This document shows, piece after piece, positions 51,572-61,421 of a stretch of 64,000 nucleotides of DNA. The notes under the pieces were generated by a model. That model was not told the origin of the DNA, did not search any database, and was given only the letters and a program-made list of their open reading frames with translations. The DNA comes from Planctomycetota bacterium (lineage in GTDB: Bacteria; Planctomycetota; UBA1135; UBA2386): contig JADJPQ010000009.1 in assembly GCA_016713175.1 (NCBI GenBank), positions 249,652 through 313,651 on the forward strand, given 5' to 3'. The translations under genes and the position numbers were made by a program. How positions within the stretch are numbered: position 1 is the stretch's first letter; every line of letters starts with the position of its first letter.

Positions 51572-51895
51572 TCAGATGGCGATCTGACGGCGCAGTCGGC
51601 GGCTGAGAACCTCGGACAGCACCCGCCGCAAATCACCGCGTCCCTTTGTGTCCAGCCAGCCGCCCGTAGCCTGATCCCAGGCGAAATGCCAAGCCGACGC
51701 TCCTTCTGCCAGCCAGATCTGCTGGGCGGCGGTCTGCCGATTCATCACGCAGACTTTGCCGTCGCCGAACCGGATCTTCAGCACGCCGCTCGACAGGTCG
51801 GCTTCGATTTCGTCGGGATCGAAGGCGTCCAGCACGCCCAGAACCTGGACCATGGCGTTGTCAGCCCGGTGCAGGAAGTCTGGCTCAAGAGTCAT
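51572..51895 (-). CDS. cyaY: Iron donor protein CyaY (frataxin)
   Basis: GVLKIRF, VMNRQTAAQQIWLA, GAWHFAW; start chosen at ATG 51895. Confidence 0.88.
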   Translation of the reverse strand: MTLEPDFLHRADNAMVQVLGVLDAFDPDEIEADLSSGVLKIRFGDGKVCVMNRQTAAQQIWLAEGASAWHFAWDQATGGWLDTKGRGDLRRVLSEVLSRRLRRQIAI

Positions 51896-52024
51896 CGACG
51901 AGTGGATCGACCAGAAGAGCGCTGGTGTCGGCTGCAACAGGGTAGAAAACAAGAGCGAAATTCCGGGCAAGGAAGCGACAACCACTGGACAAGATCCAGG
52001 CGCCGGACTAGAAGCGGTGTTGCC

Positions 52025-52065
52025 AAAAAAGAGCGGCCGGCGACCCTCTCCCAGGATCGCCGGCC
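52025..52065 (-). terminator. Rho-independent terminator
   Basis: Minus strand GGCCGGCGA-T-CCT-GGGAG-AGG-G-TCGCCGGCC followed by GCTCTTTTTT. Confidence 0.85.
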
Positions 52066-52069
52066 ACAG

Positions 52070-52258
52070 CTAGGGTCCTGACCGCCAAGTGCCCTCTCGT
52101 GCGTCTCGCCTCCCTGCAGAGGCTTCTCGTTCGGCTTCCCGGTCGCCTTGTCGCTCGTTACCGCTTCCCAACCCTTGCGGGTCCGGTTGCGATCGCGGGC
52201 GGAGCAGGCTTACGGGTCACCTGGCGAACTGAGACGCGGGCGGTCAGGACCGCTCGTC
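52070..52258 (-). ncRNA. Structured ~180-nt ncRNA, 6S RNA (SsrS)-like candidate
   Basis: Perfect 13-bp closing stem 52074-52086/52239-52251; inner stem GCGTCTC/GAGACGC; central unpaired region; apical ACCC-GCAA-GGGT GNRA hairpin; -10 TACTGT (52265-52270); A-tract upstream; terminator downstream. Confidence 0.6.
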
Positions 52259-52402
52259 CCATGCACAGTAGTAGACGCACAAGAGCGTAGAACTTTCCAA
52301 GCTAGTGCATTTTTTTTCTGCGTGGCACAGAGTTCGGTTGGTCGGCAAACAGGCTGGTCCGACCGAAAGGGAACCGAAGCTGCTGGCGACCGGCTAGTTG
52401 CG

Positions 52403-53401
52403 TTAACGCTTGGCGAGTCGATGAGCCCGCTGGACCCAGCCATCCACCAGATTGGCCACCTGGATGCCCTCGGCATCGGCCTCGAACGCAAGTAGAACGC
52501 GATGTCGCAGGGCCGCAACTACGGAGGCTTCGACATCTTGCTGGGTGACAGCGGCCCGACCTGACAACAGGGCCCTGGCCTTCGCAGCCAACACGACTGC
52601 CTGTCCCGCACGCGCACTTGCGCCATAACGAACGAATCGCTTCGTTCGTTCGTCGACATCGGATCCATCCGGGTGGGTCGCGTGCACGAGCTCGGCGACA
52701 AACCGGACGAGGTGGGACGCGCACAGGACCTGGCGTACCAACAGCTGCAGCGACAGCAGCTCGGCCGCGGTCAGCATCGGTCGGATCTCAGGCGACGGTT
52801 GGCCGGTGGTGGCTTCGAGGATCCGGACCATCGCGTCAACCGACGGCGTCTTCACTTCGAGCTTGAACAGGAACCGGTCGAGTTGGGCTTCCGGCAGCGG
52901 GTAGGTGCCCTCCAGCTCGATCGGATTCTGCGTGGCTACCACGTGAAACGGCACCGGTAGGCGATGCGATGTGCCGGCGACGGTGACCGACCCCTCCTGC
53001 ATCGCCTCCAGCAACGCCGATTGGGTCTTGGGGGTCGCCCGATTGATCTCGTCGGCGAGCACCAATCCAGCGAAAATCGGGCCCTGCTGGAAACGGAACG
53101 AGCGGTGGCCGTCGCGTTCGTCGACGACCAAGGTACCGGTCACATCGCTCGGCATCAGGTCGGGGGTGAACTGGATGCGGGACCAGTCGAGGCCGAGTCC
53201 GCGACCGAGTAGCCGGACCAGCAGGGTCTTGCCAAGGCCCGGCAGGCCTTCCAGCAGGATGTGCCCGCCCGCAAGCAAGCCGACCAAGAGATCGTCGACG
53301 AGCGCTTCCTGGCCGATCAGTTGGGAACACACCGTCTGGCGCAAGCCGTCCACGCGCCTGAGCAGGTCTTCGGTCGCCTGTTTGAGTCGCGCGCCGTCCA
53401 T
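52403..53401 (-). CDS. MoxR-family AAA+ ATPase
   Basis: HILLEGLPGLGKT, RIQFTPDLMPSD, DEINRATPKTQSALLEAM, QNPIELEGTYPLPEAQLDRF. Confidence 0.95.
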   Translation of the reverse strand: MDGARLKQATEDLLRRVDGLRQTVCSQLIGQEALVDDLLVGLLAGGHILLEGLPGLGKTLLVRLLGRGLGLDWSRIQFTPDLMPSDVTGTLVVDERDGHRSFRFQQGPIFAGLVLADEINRATPKTQSALLEAMQEGSVTVAGTSHRLPVPFHVVATQNPIELEGTYPLPEAQLDRFLFKLEVKTPSVDAMVRILEATTGQPSPEIRPMLTAAELLSLQLLVRQVLCASHLVRFVAELVHATHPDGSDVDERTKRFVRYGASARAGQAVVLAAKARALLSGRAAVTQQDVEASVVAALRHRVLLAFEADAEGIQVANLVDGWVQRAHRLAKR

Positions 53402-53453
53402 GGAGACACGCAGGATACGTCGACTGCCTTCCCACGGCCACGTCGAGTCCCGA

Positions 53454-54377
53454 TCAGGCTTCCGGCTGGAAGGCGCGGTGATCGAGGTAGCGCTCGCCTC
53501 GATCGGGCAGGATCGCCACGATCATCTTGCCGTTCGATGCCGGTCGCCGCGCGATGCTGACGGCGGCGGCGATGACCGCGCCACTGGCTGGTCCGACCAG
53601 GATCGCCTCGTCACGCGCGAGAACGCGTACTCCCAGCGCGGCTTCCTGATCCTCGACGGCGACAACCTCCGTCAGGGCCCTGGCATCGAGGATCTCAGGG
53701 ACGAACCCGGCACCGATCCCCGGGATGTCGTGTGCCCCGGGCATGTTGCCGGACAACACCCGGCTGCCGGCGGGCTCGACACCGACGACGGCGACGTCGC
53801 GCTCCTCGAAGAACTGGCAACAACCACCGGCCGTGCCGCCGGTGCCCACGGGGCAGACCACGATCTGCACTTGGCCGTCAGTGTCTTCCCAGATCTCACG
53901 CGCCGTGGTGTCGGCATGCTGCCGGCTGTTGGCGCGGTTGGTGAACGCCTGCAGGCACAGGGCCCCGGGGGTCTGGCGGGCGATCTGCTCGGCTCGGGCC
54001 ATCGCGCCGCGCATGCCTTCGACGGCGGGTGTCTGCACGACCTCGGCGCCGAGCGCGCGCAGGATGTTGCTGCGGTTCTGCGGCAGCCATTCTGGCATCG
54101 TCAGCACGACCCGATAGCCGCGCCGGCGCCCGACCATCGCGATCGCGACGCCGAGGTCACCACCGCTGCATTCGACGATCGTGCCGCCCTGTTGCAAGAG
54201 GCCGCAGCGTTCGGCGTCCTGGATCATCCCGAGCGCGGCGCGGTCCTTGTTGGAGCCGGATGGGTTGTCCCCTTCCAGCTTGGCCAATACCCGGGTTCCA
54301 GGCGGCGACAGCCGGGCCAGTTCGACCAGCGGCGTGCGCCCGATCAGCCAGGTGACGTCGGCGGCTATGCGACCCAT
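53454..54377 (-). CDS. PLP-dependent cysteine synthase (CysK/CysM) family protein, divergent substrate loop
   Basis: IGRTPLV, KLEGDNPSGSNKDR, GTGGT, GIGAGFVP; canonical TSGNT loop reads SGGDL. Confidence 0.85.
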   Translation of the reverse strand: MGRIAADVTWLIGRTPLVELARLSPPGTRVLAKLEGDNPSGSNKDRAALGMIQDAERCGLLQQGGTIVECSGGDLGVAIAMVGRRRGYRVVLTMPEWLPQNRSNILRALGAEVVQTPAVEGMRGAMARAEQIARQTPGALCLQAFTNRANSRQHADTTAREIWEDTDGQVQIVVCPVGTGGTAGGCCQFFEERDVAVVGVEPAGSRVLSGNMPGAHDIPGIGAGFVPEILDARALTEVVAVEDQEAALGVRVLARDEAILVGPASGAVIAAAVSIARRPASNGKMIVAILPDRGERYLDHRAFQPEA

Positions 54378-54415
54378 GTGCGCAGCGTAGCTTGGACGGA
54401 GGGCCGGAGAAGACC

Positions 54416-55585
54416 ATGATTGCTGCCATGGCTCGAACTGCGCGTGGCTGCGCGCTTCTCGGTGTGGCGTTCCTGGCCGGCTGCACCGGCGTCTCGCCCC
54501 GGCCGGAAGACCTGGCGGCGGTGCTGCCGCCGGCGCGGCAAGTGACCGGCGACGAACGCGCGGCCGTCGAGCGGAACGTGGGGGAGGCTCTGCATGCGTT
54601 GGAACTACGTAGGTTCGAGGTTGCCGGTGAGTTTGCGGCCGCAGCGTTGAGAATCGATCCGGCGTGTGCGCGGGGATACGCGGTACGCGGCATGGTTCGT
54701 CGACACCAGGCAAGTGCGATGGTGCCGGCGGATCCGTACACGCTGCATCGAGCCGACGGCGACACGCAGCTCGCGATGCGGCTGGCGCCGGCCGATGCGA
54801 CCGTCATGCGTCTCCGCGCCCAGTTCCTCGCGGCATCCGGGCACCTTTCCGCAGCGGCCGCGGCACTCGAAGCGTGGTTGCTGGCGCACCCGGACGCACC
54901 GCTCGACGACTCGGCACCGCTGTACGCACTTGCCGGCGAGTGGCGCTACGAACTCGGCGAGGAACGCGCGGCGTTGCCGCACTTGCGCAATGTGGTCGGC
55001 CAGCGCGAAGACGCGACGACGTGGTTCCGGATCGGCATGTGCGAACTGCGGGTCGCGATGGCAGTGGTCGATCCGGCCGCAGCGGCGAACGCGCGTTCGG
55101 TTGCTGAGTCGGCGGCCAAGGCGTTCGCCCGCTGCGCCGAGCTTGCGCCCGGCGATCGCGATGCGCACTACGCGGTCGCGACGGCGCTGGCGCACGCGGC
55201 CGAACGCGCTGGTGAACAACGCCGGACCGAAGATCGCGCGGCGCTCTGGCACAAAGCAGCGCAGCGGCTGCGGGATGCCTCGAGCCGGTTCGCGGACGAT
55301 CCCGAACCGCTGTTTCGGCTGGGCGTGGTCCTCGAGGCAGTTCGCGATCGGGAAGCCGCGATCGCCGCTTACGAGCAGGCCCTGCAGCGGCATGGCGAGC
55401 ATCTCGGCAGCCTGATCAACCTCGCGACAGCGCTGACCGCGGGGCCGACGGTGGATGCCGCCGTGCAGCAGCGGGCGCGCTCGCTTCGCGAACGGGCGCT
55501 CGCGATCGATGCCCGGCGCGGTGGTCTTGGCAAGCAGGAGCGGCAGCGCCTCGCCGAGGCGGTCGGGGCGACCGCCGGCCAGTGA
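54416..55585 (+). CDS. TPR-repeat lipoprotein
   Basis: Lipobox FLAGC; helical repeats (PLFRLGVVLEA...AIAAYEQAL, SLINLA). Confidence 0.75.
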   Translation: MIAAMARTARGCALLGVAFLAGCTGVSPRPEDLAAVLPPARQVTGDERAAVERNVGEALHALELRRFEVAGEFAAAALRIDPACARGYAVRGMVRRHQASAMVPADPYTLHRADGDTQLAMRLAPADATVMRLRAQFLAASGHLSAAAAALEAWLLAHPDAPLDDSAPLYALAGEWRYELGEERAALPHLRNVVGQREDATTWFRIGMCELRVAMAVVDPAAAANARSVAESAAKAFARCAELAPGDRDAHYAVATALAHAAERAGEQRRTEDRAALWHKAAQRLRDASSRFADDPEPLFRLGVVLEAVRDREAAIAAYEQALQRHGEHLGSLINLATALTAGPTVDAAVQQRARSLRERALAIDARRGGLGKQERQRLAEAVGATAGQ

Positions 55586-55598
55586 GCGTCGGCGTCGG

Positions 55599-56372
55599 TC
55601 AGGCGCCCATGATGCTGTAGCCGGCGTCGACGTAGAGCGTCTGGCCGGTGACCCCGGCGGCGAGCGGCGACAGCAGGAACAACGCGGCATTGCCGACATC
55701 GCCCTGATCGACGTTGCGCCGCAGCGGCGACTTCTGCGCCATGTTGTCGAGCAGCGAACTGAAGTCGGCGACACCCATCGCCGACACCGTCTTGATCGGG
55801 CCGGCCGAGATCGCGTTGACGCGGATGCCGCGCGGGCCGAGATCGTTCGCCAGGTACCGGGTGCTGCACTCGAGCGCCGCTTTGGCGACGCCCATCACGT
55901 TGTAGTTGGGAACCACTTTCTCGGCGCCGTAGTAGCTCAGGCACACCATCGCGCCCTGCCGTCCCTCCATCAGCGGCGCCGCGCCCTTGGCCAGGCCGAC
56001 CAGGGACCAGGCCGAAACCTGCTGCGCGAGCTGGTAGCCCTCCCAGCTGGTGTTGACGAAGTTGCCGCCGAGCTCTTCGTGCTTGGCGAACGCGATGCAG
56101 TGGACCATGCCGTCGATCGGCCCGAACTCGCGACCGAGCCGGTCATAGAAGCGGTCGATGTCCCCCGCGACGGTCACGTCGCAGGCACCCAGGAACGTGT
56201 CCGCCGGCAGATCGGCGGCCAGCTTGCGCACCGAGCCTTCCATCCGTTCGTTCTGGTAGTTGAGCGCCAGCTGAGCGCCTTCCCGCTGCAGCGCCTGGGC
56301 GATGCCCCAGGCGATCGATCGCTTGTTGGCGACGCCGAAGATCACCACCTTCTTGCCGGACATCAGTCCCAT
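55599..56372 (-). CDS. fabI: Enoyl-ACP reductase
   Basis: GVANKRSIAWGIA, YNVMGVAKAALE, VNAISAGPIKT, VDAGY. Confidence 0.95.
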   Translation of the reverse strand: MGLMSGKKVVIFGVANKRSIAWGIAQALQREGAQLALNYQNERMEGSVRKLAADLPADTFLGACDVTVAGDIDRFYDRLGREFGPIDGMVHCIAFAKHEELGGNFVNTSWEGYQLAQQVSAWSLVGLAKGAAPLMEGRQGAMVCLSYYGAEKVVPNYNVMGVAKAALECSTRYLANDLGPRGIRVNAISAGPIKTVSAMGVADFSSLLDNMAQKSPLRRNVDQGDVGNAALFLLSPLAAGVTGQTLYVDAGYSIMGA

Positions 56373-56444
56373 CGTCGGTACCTCGTTGCCTCTGCGTTCA
56401 CGTTCTTGGATCAGCGCCCACCATAGCTATCTGGGCGGCGGCGT

Positions 56445-57527
56445 TCATCGGTCTTCCGCGGCGCTGCCGGCACCTGGCAGCGCCAGCCGCGAGAACGCCT
56501 TCCTGGCGGTCGTCGTCCATGGCACGTCGGGGTCATGCGGGGCGAACGGCTGCAGCCGGCCGCGCCTGCGCACGATAGCCGGGTGCACGTGCAGGGTGAT
56601 CCGATGACGCGTGATCGCGTGGCGGATCACCGCGACCGCCGATTGCACTTCCGCGGCGCAGCCGAATCGCTGCTGCAGCGCCGGGGTCAGGTCGCCGATC
56701 GCGCAGTCCACCAGCGCACCCGGACCGGGCAGGTCGATCTGGCCGCCATTGATGCCGCCTTCCGGCAGGCGGTGGCCGAGCACCGCCGGACCGGCGAACG
56801 CGACGATTGCCCTGGCCTGCACGTCGACCGGCGCAGGGCGCGGCGGCAGCACCGGCAGCAACAGCTGTCGCCCCTGATTCTGCGCGACGCAGTCGGCGGC
56901 CACCGGACAGCGGTCGCACTCGGCGCGTTTGGGCGTGCAGATCACCGCCCCGAGTTCCATCAGTGCCTGGTTGAAGTCACCTGGCCTTGCCGCCGGCTGC
57001 CAAGCTGCGACCTGTTCGCGGATTGCCTTCCGCGTCGCCGCCGCGCGGACACAGTTGCTCAGCCCGCGGTGGCGCGCCAACACCCGATCGACGTTGCCGT
57101 CGATTGCCACTTCGCGCTGGCCGAACGCGATCGACGCGATCGCGCCGCGCGTGTAGTCGCCGATGCCCGGCAGTGCGCCGAGCTGCGCGACCTCGGCCGG
57201 CACCGCACCACCATGCACCGCCAAGCACTGCCTGGCACCCTCGCGCAACAGCCGCGCCCGACGGTAGTAGCCAAGCCCCCGCCAGGCAGCTTGCAGCTCG
57301 TCGTCGCCGGCGGTGGCGAAGTCGGCCGGCCGCGGGTAGCGTTGCAGGAAGCGCGACCAGGCATCGCGAACCGCCTCGACGCGCGTTTGTTGCAGCATCA
57401 CTTCGCTGACCCAGATCGCCCACGGATCCGAAGTCTTGCGCCACGGCAGATCGCGACGATGGGCGTCGAACCACGCCAACAGCCGGGCGGCGAACGGCGA
57501 ATCCGCGCTGCCCGCCCGCCGCGTCAA
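56445..57527 (-). CDS. mutY: A/G-specific adenine glycosylase
   Basis: RDLPWR, WVSEVMLQQT, WRGLGYYRRAR, LPGIGDYT, DGNV.RV, FNQALMELGA..C......C..CPV...C. Confidence 0.93.
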   Translation of the reverse strand: MTRRAGSADSPFAARLLAWFDAHRRDLPWRKTSDPWAIWVSEVMLQQTRVEAVRDAWSRFLQRYPRPADFATAGDDELQAAWRGLGYYRRARLLREGARQCLAVHGGAVPAEVAQLGALPGIGDYTRGAIASIAFGQREVAIDGNVDRVLARHRGLSNCVRAAATRKAIREQVAAWQPAARPGDFNQALMELGAVICTPKRAECDRCPVAADCVAQNQGRQLLLPVLPPRPAPVDVQARAIVAFAGPAVLGHRLPEGGINGGQIDLPGPGALVDCAIGDLTPALQQRFGCAAEVQSAVAVIRHAITRHRITLHVHPAIVRRRGRLQPFAPHDPDVPWTTTARKAFSRLALPGAGSAAEDR

Positions 57528-58357
57528 TCGCCGATCCGGCCGGCGTCGGTCGGTCGGCCATGCACCTCGATGCCCAGCGCATCGCGCAGTCCGGCCTCGG
57601 CGCGGTCGAGCAGTTCGGACAGCGCCACCGCATCCTCGTTCTCGGACACCAGCGTGATCCGGATCGTGCGGCCCTCTTCGGTGCCCTGCACGCGGGTCCG
57701 GAACGACACGTGCGGATGCGCCTTGACGATCTCACCGAGCGCCTTGCTGATCGCCGATTCATCGTGGCCGTGGTAGTCGACCTGCCGTTCGCTGCGGACC
57801 GTGTTCGGGCCCTCGGCGACCATCGCCGGCATCACGTGCAAAGTGAACAGCCGCTGCATCTCCGCCGGCACGCCGGGCAGCAGGAAGATCGTAGTCGCGC
57901 CATGGCGCAACTGGACGGCCGGCGCGGTGCCGATCGGGTTCTCGTGGCAGATCGAGCCCTTGGGCACGCGTGCCATCCGCGCCCGCTCTTCGGTCAGTTC
58001 GGGATCGTCGATCAGGCCCTTGGCATGCATCCTCCGGTAGGAGGAACGCACGAACTCGAGTGCCTTGCCGTCGTCGATCAGTGGCAGCCCGGTGGCCTTG
58101 CCGGTGATGTTGCGGGCGTTGTCGTCCCAGTTCGGTCCCATGCCGCCGGTCATCAGCACGAACGCAGGCTTCTGTTCGAGGGCGCAGATCAGCGCGGCGA
58201 CCATCTCGCTCTCGACGCGGTCGACCACCTGGATGGTGCGGACCCGATAACCGACGTCGTCGATCCGGTTGGCGATGAACGCGGCGTTGCGGTCCACGAC
58301 CGTGCCTTCGAGGATCTCGCGGGAGACGACGATCAGAATGACGCTCTTGTCGAACAA
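57524..58357 (-). CDS. CinA-like/molybdopterin-binding domain protein (no C-terminal PncC domain)
   Basis: TTG start with AGGAG RBS; EILEGTVVDRN, TGGMGP..DD, NPIGTAP, LPGVPAEM; C-terminal part of the long track ORF 57524-60874. Confidence 0.8.
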   Translation of the reverse strand: MFDKSVILIVVSREILEGTVVDRNAAFIANRIDDVGYRVRTIQVVDRVESEMVAALICALEQKPAFVLMTGGMGPNWDDNARNITGKATGLPLIDDGKALEFVRSSYRRMHAKGLIDDPELTEERARMARVPKGSICHENPIGTAPAVQLRHGATTIFLLPGVPAEMQRLFTLHVMPAMVAEGPNTVRSERQVDYHGHDESAISKALGEIVKAHPHVSFRTRVQGTEEGRTIRITLVSENEDAVALSELLDRAEAGLRDALGIEVHGRPTDAGRIGD

Positions 58358-58501
58358 AGTGGGCTCCTGGCGCGCCGCGGGACTTGACTTGCGGCGTCCG
58401 CCGGCCCGCCACGATAGCACCCGCGGAGCATTGTTGAAGGCTGCCGTCCGGACTCCGAGAATGGCCGTTTTCGACCGCACCCGGCCCGCAGACCCAAGCT
58501 C

Positions 58502-60970
58502 ATGACCGACAAGCAACCGCCCGCTTCCGGCGGCCGCATCACCGATCTCCTGCTCGAGCGGGAGATGCGCGAGAGTTACCTGAACTACTCGATGAGCGTG
58601 ATCCTGAGTCGCGCTCTGCCGGACGCCCGCGACGGCCTGAAGCCGAGCCAGCGCCGCGTGCTGGTGGCGATGGACGACCTCAACTTGGGGCCGCGCGCCA
58701 AGCACCGAAAGTGCGCCAAGATCTGCGGTGACACGTCCGGCAACTACCACCCGCACGGCGAGTCGGTCGTCTATCCGACGCTGGTCGGCATGGCGCAGTG
58801 GTTCTCGACGCGCTACCCGCTGGTCGATTCGCAGGGCAACTTCGGCGCCATCGACGGCAGCCCACCGGCGGCGATGCGTTACACCGAAGCACGGCTTGGC
58901 TGGCCGGCGACGCACCTGCTGGAGAACCGCGACGAGGAGACCGTCGACCTCGTCCCCAACTACGACAACACGCTGATGCAGCCGGTCGTGCTGCCGGCGC
59001 GGTTCCCCAACCTGATCTGCAACGGCTCGACCGGCATCGCCGTCGGCATGGCCGCGAGCCTGCCGCCGCACAACCTGCGCGAGGTCGCCGCCGCGATCGG
59101 CAAGCTGCTCGACAAGCCCGAGATCACGATCGACGAACTGCTCGAACTGGTGCCCGGCCCGGACTTCCCGACCGGCGGCACGATCATGGGCCGCAGCGGC
59201 ATCCGCAATGCCTACGCCACCGGTCGCGGTTCGGTGTCGGTGCGCGCCAAGTACCACGTCGAGGAGAAAAAAGGCCGCAAGCTGCTGGTGTTCACCGAAG
59301 TGCCGTTCCAGGTCAAGATCGGCACGATCCTCGAGCGCATCGAGACGCTGGTGAAGAGCGACCAGATCGACTCGATCGCCGACGCCAATGACGAGTCCAA
59401 CGACCGCGTCGGCCTGCGGCTCGTCGTCGAACTGAAGAAGGGCGTCGAGGACGAGACCGTCACGGTCAACCAGCTGTTCAAGCTGTCGCCGCTGCAGAGC
59501 ACGTTCTCGATCATCAACCTGGCGATCCTGGACAACCGGCCGCGCACGCTCAACTTCAAGCAGATGCTGGAGTGCCACCGCGATCACCGGATCGACGTGA
59601 TCACGCGGCGCACGCGCTTCCGGCTGCGCAAGGCACAAGAACGACTGCACGTATTGGACGGCCTGCTGATCGCCGTCCGCAACATCGATCAGGTCGTCGA
59701 GATCATCAAACGGTCGGCCAACGTCGAGGACGCGCGCCAGCAGTTGATGGCGCGGTTCTCGCTGTCCGACATCCAGGCGCGCGCGATCCTGGACATGCGG
59801 CTGGCGCGGCTGACCGGCCTCGAGATCACCAAACTCGAAGCCGAACATGCCGAGGTCGTCGCCGAAATCACCTACCTCAACACGATCCTCAATGACCGTT
59901 CGGTGCTGATCGGCCTGATCAAGCAGGACCTCGCCGAGATGGTCAAGCTGTACGGCGACGACCGCCGGACGGTGATCTCCGACGAAGAGGTCTCCAACTT
60001 CATCGCCGAGGACCTGATCCCGGTCGAGATGATGGCGGTCACCGTCACGCACCAGGGCTACATCAAGCGCACGGCGCTCGATCAGTACCGGACGCAGGGC
60101 CGCGGCGGCAAGGGCGTCAGCGGCGCCGAGACCAAGGAAGGCGATTTCCTCGCCAACCTGTTCGTCGCCAGCACGCACGACTTCCTGTTGTTCTTCACCG
60201 ATCGCGGGCGCTGCTACTGGAAGAAGGTCTACGAACTGCCGGCGCTGGGCCGCACCGCCAAGGGCCGCGCGCTGGCCAATGTCGTCGAGACGCAGGAAGG
60301 CGAGAAGATCACCGCGATCCTGCGCGTCGAGTCGTTCGACGAACGCTTCCTGGTGACCGCCACCGCCAAGGGGCTGATCAAGAAGACGGCGCTCGAACAG
60401 TACAGCCGGCCCCGTTCGGGCGGCATCATCGCCGTCGGTCTCGAAGAGGGCGATCGCCTCGTCGGCGTCAACCTGTGCAAGGCCGGCCAGAGCATCATCC
60501 TCGGCACCCGCGATGGCATGTCGATCCGCTTCGAGGAAGCGGAAGTGCGCGCGATGGGCCGTTCGGCGGTCGGCGTCTGGGGCATCAAGCTCGAGGCCGG
60601 CGACGAGGTCTGCGACATGGTCGTCACCGACGGTTCGGGCACGCTGCTGACCGTGTGCGAGAGCGGCTACGGCAAGCGGACGCCGGTCGAGGAGTACCGC
60701 GCCCAGGGCCGCGGCGGCAAGGGCATCATCGACATCCGCACCAGCGACCGGAACGGCAAGGTCGTCAACCTGCTCGCGGTCAAGGACGACGACGAGGTGA
60801 TGATGATCACCAAGGACGGGCAGATCGTCCGCACGCGCGTGGATGGCATCTCGGTGTTCGGTCGCAACACGCAAGGCGTGCGCTGCATCGGCCTCAACGA
60901 CGGCGACAAGCTGGTGTCGGTCGCGCGGATCCCGAAGGACGAACCGGAAGCCAACGGCAAGAAGGAGTGA
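58502..60970 (+). CDS. gyrA: DNA gyrase subunit A
   Basis: [26 protein letters not shown] (catalytic Tyr), GIAVGMA, GyrA-box QGRGGKG, beta-pinwheel repeats. Confidence 0.97.
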   Translation: MTDKQPPASGGRITDLLLEREMRESYLNYSMSVILSRALPDARDGLKPSQRRVLVAMDDLNLGPRAKHRKCAKICGDTSGNYHPHGESVVYPTLVGMAQWFSTRYPLVDSQGNFGAIDGSPPAAMRYTEARLGWPATHLLENRDEETVDLVPNYDNTLMQPVVLPARFPNLICNGSTGIAVGMAASLPPHNLREVAAAIGKLLDKPEITIDELLELVPGPDFPTGGTIMGRSGIRNAYATGRGSVSVRAKYHVEEKKGRKLLVFTEVPFQVKIGTILERIETLVKSDQIDSIADANDESNDRVGLRLVVELKKGVEDETVTVNQLFKLSPLQSTFSIINLAILDNRPRTLNFKQMLECHRDHRIDVITRRTRFRLRKAQERLHVLDGLLIAVRNIDQVVEIIKRSANVEDARQQLMARFSLSDIQARAILDMRLARLTGLEITKLEAEHAEVVAEITYLNTILNDRSVLIGLIKQDLAEMVKLYGDDRRTVISDEEVSNFIAEDLIPVEMMAVTVTHQGYIKRTALDQYRTQGRGGKGVSGAETKEGDFLANLFVASTHDFLLFFTDRGRCYWKKVYELPALGRTAKGRALANVVETQEGEKITAILRVESFDERFLVTATAKGLIKKTALEQYSRPRSGGIIAVGLEEGDRLVGVNLCKAGQSIILGTRDGMSIRFEEAEVRAMGRSAVGVWGIKLEAGDEVCDMVVTDGSGTLLTVCESGYGKRTPVEEYRAQGRGGKGIIDIRTSDRNGKVVNLLAVKDDDEVMMITKDGQIVRTRVDGISVFGRNTQGVRCIGLNDGDKLVSVARIPKDEPEANGKKE

Positions 60971-60972
60971 TC

Positions 60973-61419
60973 ATGGGAACCCATCTCGACAAGTTGCAGG
61001 CGGACATGAAGGCCGCGATGAAGAGCGGTGACAAGCCGCGGTTGGAGGTGATCCGGATGGTCATTTCCGACCTGAAGAAGAAGGCGATCGACACGCAGGT
61101 CGACTCGCTGCCGGATGCAGACGAGGTCGCGATCCTGCAGAAGGCGCTGAAGACGCGTTCGGATTCGGTCGCGCAGGCGACGGCGGCGGGGCGGGCGGAC
61201 GTGGTCGCCAAGGAGCAGTTCGAGATCGAGGTGATCACCGGCTACATGCCCAAGCAGATGTCGGCGGCGGAGATCCTGGACAAGGTCCGGGCGGTCGCGG
61301 CGGAGATCGGCTACGGCGGGCCGAAGGACACCGGGCGGTTCATGAAGGAGTGGTTGGCGCGCTACAAGGGACTTGCCGATGGCAAGCTCGTGCAGGATGC
61401 GCTGAAGGCGTTGGGCTGA
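60973..61419 (+). CDS. GatB/YqeY domain protein
   Basis: DMKAAMKSGDK.RL.VIR, E..E..VITGYMPKQMS, KDTGRFM. Confidence 0.88.
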   Translation: MGTHLDKLQADMKAAMKSGDKPRLEVIRMVISDLKKKAIDTQVDSLPDADEVAILQKALKTRSDSVAQATAAGRADVVAKEQFEIEVITGYMPKQMSAAEILDKVRAVAAEIGYGGPKDTGRFMKEWLARYKGLADGKLVQDALKALG

Positions 61420-61421
61420 CC

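Noticed and set aside
52070-52258. SRP (4.5S) RNA or cobalamin riboswitch identity for the ncRNA
   Set aside because: Lacks the CAGG/GNRA/AGCAG helix-8 symmetric loop and the B12-box, and is followed by a terminator rather than a gene start.
52323-52338. sigma54-like TGGCAC element
   Set aside because: The -12 position is GG, not GC (TGGCACAGAGTTCGG).
58358-60874. N-terminal ~840 aa of the 1116-aa minus-strand ORF 57524-60874
   Set aside because: Antisense to gyrA; only the last 277 codons (CinA-like, TTG start with RBS) are credible.
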